From Octopus vulgaris (lineage: Eukaryota), in NCBI GenBank assembly GCA_951406725.2, contig OX597828.1, forward strand, positions 35,588,001 through 35,652,000: a stretch of DNA of 64,000 nucleotides, written 5' to 3'. This document shows positions 52,958-64,000 of the stretch, one piece after another (position 1 is the stretch's first letter; each line of letters begins with the position of its first letter). Under the pieces are notes generated by a model. It did not search any database. It saw nothing but the letters and a program-made list of their open reading frames with translations, and had not been told where the DNA came from. The position numbers and the translations under genes were made by a program.

Positions 52958-53826
52958 GCCAAAGTCAACCTCGGAGGATTTTGAACTCAGAACATGAAGG
53001 CAGACGAAATGCCAGCTAAGCATTTTGCCTGGCACACTACAGATTCAATAATAATAATAGTAATAATAATAATGATAAAATAATAGCAATAACCCTTTCT
53101 ACTAAAGGCACAAGGCCTGAAATTTTGCAGGAGGAGACAAGTCAATTACATCGACCTCCAGTATATCACTGGTACTTAATTTATTCTTTTTTACTCTATG
53201 TACAAGGCCCAAAATTTTGTGGGAAAGGCCAGTCGATTAGATCAACCCCAGTACAGAACTGGTACTTGATTTATCCACCCTGAAAAAATGAAAGGCAAAG
53301 TTGACCTTGGCGGAATTTGAACTCAGAAATTAGAGACAGACAAAATGCCAGCTAAACACTTTACCTGGTGTGCTTCCAATTCAATAATAGTAATAATAAT
53401 CCTTTGTACAATAGGCACAATATTTGGGGGAAGGGGATTAGTCAACCCCAGTGTTTCACTGGTACTTAATTTATTGACCCCCGAGCGAATGAAAGGCAAA
53501 GTTGACCTCTGCGGAATTTGAACACAGAATATAGCAGCAGATGAAATAGCACTAAGCATTTCAACCGGTGTACCAATGATTCTTATTTCTTAATTGCCCA
53601 CAAGGGGCTAAACATAGAGGGGACAAACAAGAGCAGACAAAGGTATTAAGTCGATTACATCAACCCCAGTGCATAACTGGTACTTAATTTATCGACCCCG
53701 AAAGGATGAAAGGCAAAGTCGACCTCGGCAGAATTTGAACTCAGAACGTAACAGCAGACAAAATACCGCTAAGCATTTCGCCCAGTGTGCTAACGTTTCT
53801 GCCAACTCACAACCTCTGATAATAAA

Positions 53827-53876
<50 letters not shown>

Positions 53877-54102
53877 TAATAATAAAAATCCTTTGTACTA
53901 TAAGTACAAGATCTGAAATTTGGAGAGATGGCTAGTTGATTAAATCAACCCCAATGCTCAACTGGTACTTATTTTATTGACCCCCGAAAGGACAAAAGAC
54001 AAAGTCAACCTCGGCAGAATTTGAACACAGAACATAGAGATAGACGAAATTCCACTAGGCATTTTGGTCGTCACGCTAACAAATTCTGCCAGTTCACTGC
54101 CT
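52958..54102 (-). mobile_element. Array of about five family C SINE copies, all minus strand, separated by (AAT)n
   Basis: Repeated actggtacttaatttat...gaaaggcaaagt.gacctcggc.gaatttgaac.cagaa at ~52960, 53260, 53460, 53680 and 53960. Confidence 0.8.
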
Positions 54103-54127
54103 CAATAATAAAAACAATAATAAAAAC

Positions 54128-54171
<44 letters not shown>

Positions 54172-54232
54172 GGGAAGACACTTGACAAGAAATGGAAGCA
54201 AATTTGAAAGAAGAAGAAAAGAAGATAACAAT

Positions 54233-54391
54233 TATCATCATCATCATCATCATTTAGCGTCCATTTTCCATGCTAGCATGGGTTGGACGGTTCAACTGGG
54301 GTCTGTGAAACCGGAAGGCTGCATCAGGCCCAGTTAGATCTGGCAGTGTTTCTACGGCTGGATGCCCTTCCTAACGCCAACCACTCCGTGA

Positions 54392-54392
<1 letters not shown>
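54233..54392 (-). mobile_element. Family D 3' fragment
   Basis: (cat)n then ttccatgctagcatgggttggacggttc...ggatgcccttcctaacgccaaccactccgtg. Confidence 0.78.
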
Positions 54393-54439
<47 letters not shown>

Positions 54440-55208
54440 GTGTAATCTGGGAATGCATACAATGATGCAATGAACTTCTTTGCCCTAGGTGTACGGAAAA
54501 CACCCGGCGAGAAATGGAAGAAAATTTGAAAAAAGAAGGAAAATGATAATAATAATATAAAAGTATAACATTTTCTTCATGGTTAGCATGTAATTAGGAA
54601 TCTGGAAATATAAAATAGAGGCAGATCAATTGATATATAGATAAGTACTGAAAAAGAGTAGTAGATTAATAGATAGATAAATAGACAGAGAGAGAGAGAG
54701 AGAGTAGAAGAAGAAGACAGAGAGATTAATAGATAGGTGGATCTTGTCACACTATATCCTTTACTTCAATCACCTCAATTCCTCAAATTGACAAGAGATA
54801 AATAGATAAACAAATAAAGGTACATAGATAACAGTGAAGACAAATGGATTGATACATAGAGAATAGTTCTTGGAGATTATATCTGTATGTATTTGGCTAA
54901 AGCCCAAATGAAATATCTGTTGATGACTTTGATGATAAGTCAATGCTCTGCACATCAAACACTTCAAGAAAATAAATTATACGATGATTGTCCAAAAGAG
55001 TAACCACGAAATAAACTGTTGAGCATTCAGCTGGAATCAAATAAGAAACGCACAAAGACCAATGCATTTTTCTTTTTACTTTCTAGATTTTTCTACAAGA
55101 TTATTTTGTCAATTTCTTTGTTGTATTACTTAAATGCCACCAAATATGATTTACTGCACTGTTTGATCAGGGTTCAACTGAAGTGTGCTTCAAATTCACG
55201 GTTGTCAA

Positions 55209-55244
55209 ATGACGACGATGACAACAACAACAACAACAACAACA

Positions 55245-55303
<59 letters not shown>

Positions 55304-55342
55304 TACTGCTACTACTTCTACTTCTACTACTACTACTATGAT
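55209..55342. repeat. Graded trinucleotide repeat (GAC)(AAC)n(TAC)n
   Basis: Directly visible. Confidence 0.9.
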
Positions 55343-56428
55343 GAATTTGTAGTTGACAAATGACTGCTACCATTACTACCACCAGATAAGATGGTGAACT
55401 GGCAGAATGGTTACTGCACCAGGCAAAATACTTAGTCGTAGATCTTGTGACATTTTACATTCTGAGTTCAAATTCTACTGAGGTTGACTTTGCCTTTCAG
55501 GATTGTTATTTTACCATATTTTAACATGTATAAAGAATCCCCTAATTTGGGGGGCTTCAAATTTGGAGACAAAGGTTTAGTAAGGGATTATAATACCATC
55601 CATGTATAAGAAACTCCCATATTTTTTATCCTAATTTTAAAAAAAAAAAGTGGGTTCTTTATACTAAGCAAGCACTGGGGTCAATGTGATCAACTATTGC
55701 CTGCCCACAAAATTTCTAAACCACGTGCCTGTAATAGAAGGGACTATTACTACCACCACCACTATCACAACTACTACTACTACCACTAGCACCCCAACCA
55801 TGGCCACTACTTTTGCTACTACTATAATTAACTAACAATGACCATTCTTCCTGGTCAAGTGAGATTCTAGAAATAACAGCCAATCTCGCCTCGTATTCTA
55901 ACACCCTACCACCCTACCACCCTACTATTTTTGGAATTTAAAAAGAGACACATTAGATAATACAATCCCTGATATGTAAAGAGACAGGTTGGTCATGACT
56001 GGAACACCTCTAATTAGAGGCCTACAGAATCAGGCATGACTTGGTGTTAAATAGCAACAATAATTATTTCTAACTTAGAAACAAGACCTAAAATTTTAAA
56101 GCTAGAAGTTAATCAATTGTTTCGATCTCAGGATAAAACTGGTACTTTATTTTCTCAATCCCCAGACAGACAAATGGCAAACTTGTCCTAGACTAGATTT
56201 GAACTCATAACGTTCAGTGTTCTATTTAAAACAATGCAAGGCATACTCTATGTTTATTTCATAGGAATATTTATCATCTATCAGTCTGTCTGTCTCTCTA
56301 TATGTCTGTCTGTTTGTCTCTCTATCTATATGTATCTGTCTGTCTGTCTATCTATCTATGTATCTGTCTATGTATGTATGTGAGTACCTCTCCCTCTTTC
56401 TCTCTCTCTCCTTATTTATCTCTCTCTT

Positions 56429-56467
<39 letters not shown>

Positions 56468-56749
56468 GTTTATTTATCTGTCCATATGTCTGCATCTCTG
56501 TGTATCTGTCAATGTATGTATGAGCATGTTTCTTTGGCTAGATTCCCCTCCTAGCGCCAACCACCTTAGAAAATGTACTGGATGCATTTTTACATGGTGC
56601 CAGCACTAAAGGAGTTGCCTTGCTATCAAACAGGAATAGTGTTGTATGCTTACACTCAACCACAAAACTTCAACTGGTTTTGATGACGTGTCTTGATATG
56701 CTGTGCAATCTTTGTAAGAGACTCATAATGATGTCTATGGTGTTTCATT

Positions 56750-56796
56750 GCATACATACATACATACATACATACATACATACATACATACATACA

Positions 56797-56827
<31 letters not shown>

Positions 56828-56889
56828 GAATTAGCATTGAAAAGTGTACGTCAAAATGCTGCTGCTGATGATGATGATAATGATGATAC

Positions 56890-56963
<74 letters not shown>

Positions 56964-56972
56964 GGATGGATG

Positions 56973-57049
<77 letters not shown>

Positions 57050-57285
57050 AAAGATAGACAGACAGACAGAAAGAGAGATAGATATTGAGAGAGACACACA
57101 CACACATAGTGACATATATAAATACACACATACAAACATACATACAGACAGACACATGCACATGCACGCATGCATACACACATGCATGCATGCACACATG
57201 CATGCACACACACACAGACTACATACATACATACAAACATACATACAGACAGACACATGCATGCATGCATGCACACACATTACAT

Positions 57286-57316
<31 letters not shown>

Positions 57317-57395
57317 TACATATATACATACATACATACATACATATATACATACATACACACACACACACACATACATATATACACACATACAT

Positions 57396-57430
<35 letters not shown>

Positions 57431-57826
57431 TACATATATACATACATACATATATACATACATACATACATACATACACACACACATACATATATACACA
57501 CATACATACATACATACATACATACATACATACATACATACATACATACATACATACATACATACATACATACATACATACATACATACATACATACATA
57601 CACACATACATACATACATACATACATACATACATACATACATACACACATACATACATACATACATACATACATACATACATACATACATACATACATA
57701 CATACATACATACATACATACATACATACATACATGCATACATACATACACACATACATACATACATACATACATACATACATACATACATACACACATA
57801 CATACATACATACATACATACATACA

Positions 57827-57857
<31 letters not shown>
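56750..57857. repeat. ~1.1-kb (TACA)n/(GATA)n compound microsatellite
   Basis: Directly visible; source of the 200-338 aa low-complexity ORFs. Confidence 0.95.
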
Positions 57858-58364
57858 GAATTCCTACAAAAAAATTTCCATTTTATGGTAGAAATGTCTG
57901 TATGATTGGTTTGTTTTTTGTTTTGTTTTGTATTTGTTTTTGGTTGTTTTTTTTCTTTTTCTTTTGCTTCCTTGTTAATAGATTTATCAATTCCAATTCT
58001 GTCAGAGCTGTAGCTAATATTTTTGCAATGTTAACATTCATTTGATACAAACAGATTAATTCCAAGTTTAATGGCCGGTTTTAAAGAATTTATGTTTTAA
58101 AGAATTTTATGTACACCTCCTCATCTCATAAATCATGGATACGACCATTATTTTGCACTCAACTCTAAATCATCATAATCATACATATGTCATAATTCTC
58201 AGTATTTATTTAATTTCTTTCTGTTTTCATTTTCTTTTTTTCTTATTTTTTGGTTAATAAAATTTGAGATGTACCCCACATTCACATATATATATAAACA
58301 TACATACATGCATACATGGTTTAATGGACACTCACTCACATGCGCACGCATTAACACACAGAGG

Positions 58365-58628
58365 TACCCACACGTATACGTCTATGTGATAAATATGTGT
58401 GTGAAACTGGGAGCATGTTTCTATGTATACATACACACATATATACAAACATAGATACATACACACAGAAATACATACATATAAAGATATATATATTTAT
58501 ATATATTTATATATATATATATAAATATATATATCTTTATATGTATGTATATATGTGTGTATGTATACATAGAAACATGCTCCCAGTTTCACACACATAT
58601 TTATCACATAGACATATACGTGTGGGTA
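58365..58628. repeat. Near-perfect long palindrome
   Basis: 58365-58446 is the reverse complement of ~58547-58628; inner arms are 58471-58500 and 58521-58550. Confidence 0.88.
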
Positions 58629-58669
58629 TATATATATACACACACACATATATATATAGTCTTTTTTTT

Positions 58670-58990
58670 GTTTCAATAATTTTGACTGCTGCCATGCTGG
58701 AGCACCGCGTTTAGTTGAACAAATCGACCCCAGAACTTATTCTTTGTAAGCCCAGTACTTATTCTATTGCTAAGTTACGGGGAGGTGAACACACCAACAT
58801 TGGTTGTCAAGCGATGGTGGAGGACAAACACACACACACACATATATATGCGACAGGTTTCTTTCGGATTCCGTCTACCAAATCCACTCACAAGGCTTTG
58901 GTCAGCCCGATGCTATAGTATAAGACACTTGCCTGAACCCAGAACCATGTGGCTGGTAAGCAAGCTACTTACCACACAGCCACTCCTGTG
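58670..58990 (-). mobile_element. SINE family A
   Basis: Reverse complement of 29251-29640 with small deletions. Confidence 0.8.
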
Positions 58991-59160
58991 CTTAAAATTT
59001 TTCATATATATACATGTACATAACATGGAAAGCGGACGTTAAACGACGATGATGATGATGATGATATGCAACTATAAATTTTGTGTGTGTGTGCAACTAT
59101 ATGTTATATATACATATACATATATATCATATATAATTTATAAATATATATAATATATGC

Positions 59161-59205
<45 letters not shown>

Positions 59206-59390
59206 TTAACAAAGATAATTTTACATGTAAATGCAGACGTATATAAAACATTTAATATAATTTATATTACAAAAATACCTATATATATGTATGTGTGTGT
59301 GTGTGTGTATGTGTTTATGTGTGTAAATGAACATATTTATAGATATACTTAAGTCTATATACATATATATATTATATATATATATATATG

Positions 59391-59467
<77 letters not shown>

Positions 59468-59997
59468 GTATATATGTATATGTATATGTATGCATCCACA
59501 CACACCCATATAAACATACATACATGTGCAATGAGGTTGGAGAAGGATAGCTTGTTTGTAATGCATATAGTGGGTATGCATGGATGTGACTATAAAAAAC
59601 ATGCCAATCTGTCAGCTACTCAAAATTTCATAATACCCAGTTTTTAATTGGATATCAATCATTTTGCCCCCGGACAATATCAACTATGAGACATCCTAAT
59701 TGATGTTGACCAGAGATCTGATGATTGATGCTTAGTTTCAAACTGGACGCTATAAAACTTTGATTAATCAGATGGGCTGACATGTTTTTTGAACATACAT
59801 ATATACAATCTAATTCGTTAATACTTTATAGTGAGTACTTCTTATTCTGACATATGCAACTTGCTTAATATGCGTGCGTGTGTGTGTGTGAGTGGGTGTG
59901 TGTGAGTGTGTGTGTGATTGAGTGTGTGTGTGTCTGTGTAAGTATATATATACGTATATATACATATAACTATATATATGCAAGTATATATATCTAC

Positions 59998-60030
<33 letters not shown>

Positions 60031-60045
60031 AATATATATGAATGC

Positions 60046-60086
<41 letters not shown>

Positions 60087-60588
60087 CATGTGTATATATA
60101 TATACACACTTGTATATATATATATATATATATATATGCATATATGTATATATATATATATATATATGTATATGCATATATACATGTATATGTATGTATA
60201 TATGTATACATTTATATATATTTGTGTGTGAGTGTGTGTGCATGTATGTATATATATATATCATCATCATCCTTCTCTGTTAGGAGGCACAAGCACATAT
60301 ACATGCATGTACACACACGACAATAACTGTCGCCTACCAAATTCAATCAGTTAGCCCAAGACTATAACAGAAAACACTTGCCCAAAGTGTCATGCAGTGG
60401 GACTGAACATGAAACCATGTGGCTAGGAAGCAAGTTTCCTAACCATACAGCCATGCTTGTGCCTACACACACACACACGTACACATATGTATGTATGTAT
60501 GTGTGTGTGTGTGTGTATATATATATATAGTTAATCCAAACATGAAAACACAAAGAGAAAACACAACAACGCAAAGACGTGGAACAAG

Positions 60589-60661
<73 letters not shown>

Positions 60662-60777
60662 TACATACATGTATATATATGTGTATGCATATGTGTGTGT
60701 GTAAATATATATATATATATACGTATATGTATATTTGTATGTATATACATGTGTGTATATATATATTTATATATATG

Positions 60778-60825
<48 letters not shown>

Positions 60826-60839
60826 CATACACACATATA

Positions 60840-61003
60840 CAACAGGCTTCTTTCAGTTTCTGTCCACCAAATCCACTTGCAAGGCTTTGGTCAGCCTGAG
60901 GCTATAGTAGAAAACACTTGGCCAAGGTGCCATGCAGTGGGACTGAACCTGAAGCCATGTGGTTGGGAAGCAAGCTACTTACCACACAGCCGCTCCTGTG
61001 CCT
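60840..61003 (-). mobile_element. SINE family A 5' half
   Basis: Reverse complement of 29253-29412. Confidence 0.78.
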
Positions 61004-61060
61004 AAGTGTGTGTGTGTGTGTGTGTGTGTTATGTATATATATATATATATATATATACAT

Positions 61061-61145
<85 letters not shown>

Positions 61146-61605
61146 CTATATATCTATATATATATATATCAACACACACACACACAGAAACCCATATCCG
61201 CATACTTGGATGTGCTGTGAACAGCTTTTCTGTTAGAAATGACAAAACATGCCAATGTTCCAATTTGATATCTTTCAAAATTCTTTTTTTTTTTTGTATC
61301 TGCTTTGTTTGGAGAAATGGAATCAAAAGGTATGGAACAAGCCAATGAAAGACCTTCTATGTGTTTGATTCCCTTACCTGGAATAGCAGGTTACCTTTGA
61401 TTACCTAAAAAATCTTTTACAAATTACATCTCTTACCATTTTATATAAAAAGAACATTTGATGATGTAGCCTCAGATGCACCATACCACGTTATTTGTTA
61501 GATTTTTATTGTTGTTGTTGATCTTGCATAATGCCAGATACCTGATCAAGGTGTTCTAACCACTACAATTCTTTCTTTTCCACAGATATAATTTATCTCA
61601 GGCTG

Positions 61606-61978
61606 TGGAGGTGCAATGGCCCAGTGGTTAGGGCAGCAGACTCGCGGTCATAGGATCGCGGTTTTGGTTCCTAGACTGGGCATTGTGAGTGTTTAGTGAG
61701 CAAAAATACCTAAAGCTCTATGAAGCTCCAGCAGGGGGTGGTGGTGAACCCTGCCGTACTCTTTCACCACAACTTTCTCTCACTCATTCTTCCCGTTTCT
61801 GTTGTACCTGCATTTCAAAGGGCCAGCCTCGTCACACACTGTATGACACTGGATCTCGTTAAGGGTACACATGTCTGTGGAGTGCTCAGCCACTTGCACG
61901 TTAATTTCATGAGCCGGCTGTTCCACTGATCCGATCAACTGGAACCCTCGTCGTCATAACTGATGGAGTGCCACGATA
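61606..61978 (+). mobile_element. SINE family B, full length
   Basis: Homologous to 3591-3975; 12-bp TSD tatctcaggctg (61594-61605 / 61979-61990). Confidence 0.88.
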
Positions 61979-62375
61979 TATCTCAGGCTGCATTACTAAA
62001 TCTGTATCCTTCTTTATTTCGAGTATCTTGTGAGAGATTCAGTTGTTATTTTTAGGATGCCAAATGACCACGTACAGGTCCCTTCACTATGTCTATGCAT
62101 TGAGTAAGGAGAGGTTGAGCGTGACAAATGACTTCCCACTGTAACAAATCGTGCAGTTGCAATAAATGTTTTGTAACCAAACCCAGTGGTATGTGGCGGG
62201 GATGGTGGTGATGATGGCGGTAGTGCGAGGTGTAACAGAATAACTATTTAAGTTCCTCGAGAACCTAACGAATATATATATATGCGTGCATGCATGTATG
62301 TGTGTATCTGATGTATGTATACACACACACACACATATATATATATGTACATATAGTGTGTGTCTATGCATATGT

Positions 62376-62429
<54 letters not shown>

Positions 62430-62621
62430 GTGTGTGTGTGTATTTTCATATGTATATGCATCATTGAGCACAATTGTTAGTCCAAGTTTTCCATAATGAA
62501 ATAAATCAAATCAGTTATAAAAGTACACACACATGCACACACACACACATCTATATGTATATATACACATACAGATACACACACACATATAAGTATATAT
62601 ATATACATACATACATATATG

Positions 62622-62674
<53 letters not shown>

Positions 62675-62704
62675 ACACACATACGTATATATTCATACAT
62701 GCAT

Positions 62705-62756
<52 letters not shown>

Positions 62757-63384
62757 CATATACATGTGTGTGTGTGTGCTTACACACACGCACATAAACA
62801 TTTTAGTTGCTGTGTCTAGTAGAAGCAATGTTCCATGTCATGACCATTGTAAAGCTTCGTAGCACAACGACCCACCCAGCACTTTTAACATGTATTAAGA
62901 ACTCATAGTCAGAGATGAGGATACATCAGTAGATTTCCCTGGGGCCATGCTGTTCCTTCTGACAAGGGTTTCAAAGTTTTGGGGCCGTTTCTAAGATTTG
63001 CAATCATTACCATCATTGATTCAATGTTTATATCAACGTGGAGTTTGACAGAATTAGAGATAAGATGCTGAGATGTGGTGGTGGTGGTGGTGGTGGTGGT
63101 GGTGGTGGTGGTGGTGGTTGTATTAGTCACGTTAGGGATGGTGATGGTGGTGGCAGTAGTAGTAGTGTTAGTAGCTCTGGTAAGTGATATTGACATTATT
63201 CACATTTAAGCACATGCATACACACACACACACACATACACACATGCACATACACACTCACATTTACACACATTCACACACTTATAGTGTATCACATGAT
63301 AGACCAATGCACACAAACACACACTTTCAAACATATATTTATATATAAACACACACACAAACACATACACACACACACACACAT

Positions 63385-63419
<35 letters not shown>

Positions 63420-64000
63420 CAGGTATATACACTTATATGTACACACACACACACACAATTCGTTGGAGACTTTTAGATAGCAGTCAACCCCAGTAGCAAT
63501 TGAAATCAGAACGTAAAGATGGACAAAATACTGCTAAGCTTTTTGCCCTGCGTGCAAACAATTCTGCCAGCTTGTCACCTTAGGAGTTCCAGTCATGACC
63601 ATCCCATCTTTTCCTTGTTTTTTTTTCACCCTGTATTGTATCTAACAACACATGAAATTTAATCTCCCAAATCTTGTCAGTGACCAGGTCACAGTTTGTA
63701 TGATCAAAATCTTGATATCTAACAATAAACCTCAAGTGAAGTTAGTAGTCTTTGTATGTTTCTCAATGGCCAGTATGAGTCTACCACACTGCAATCGGTT
63801 TAGTTTTGACATGTGATCTCAGATCAAATCACTTGCCTAGCAAATATACCTCTAGAGTTCTGTTAAGTAAAAAATATAAAAAAGACAAGGGTATGATTTT
63901 AAAGAGAGATTTGGCTACTATTTTCAGCAGGTCATAAAAAAAATACAAATGGTATAGAGTACTCGTCACCATCTCACTACAAAGATTCCACTTCGTTATG

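Noticed and set aside
56745-57905. Long ORFs of 150-338 aa, and similar YI/CV/HT/LS-rich ORFs throughout the track
   Set aside because: Translations of stop-free microsatellites; no domain signal or splice support.

Overview
AT-rich eukaryotic genomic DNA saturated with microsatellites. The repeat repertoire and (TA)n/(TACA)n/(GATA)n load point to an octopus or other coleoid cephalopod (inference). The only well-supported protein-coding content is the 3' part of a + strand Ig-superfamily type-I membrane protein gene (nephrin/Sidestep-like: Ig, Cys-less Ig, FN3, TM), encoded by four phase-1 GT-AG exons at 1123-7167, plus a probable cytoplasmic exon at 9670-10004 with an ITIM-like motif. The rest is intronic or intergenic: several tRNA-derived SINE families, RTE-like, Tx1-like and RLE-like LINE 3' ends, non-autonomous Helitrons, a decayed Tc1/mariner transposon, TTAA/hAT/pogo-type MITEs and simple repeats. 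Almost all ORFs in the supplied track are microsatellite artefacts. The most notable signal is about ten minimal type-I hammerhead ribozyme motifs (CUGANGA...GAAA, palindromic stem III, Penelope/retrozyme style) in several unrelated short elements. These include a tRNA-headed SINE-like element and an intact GUC motif in the loop of a ~140-bp inverted repeat. All calls were made by eye; no searches were run.
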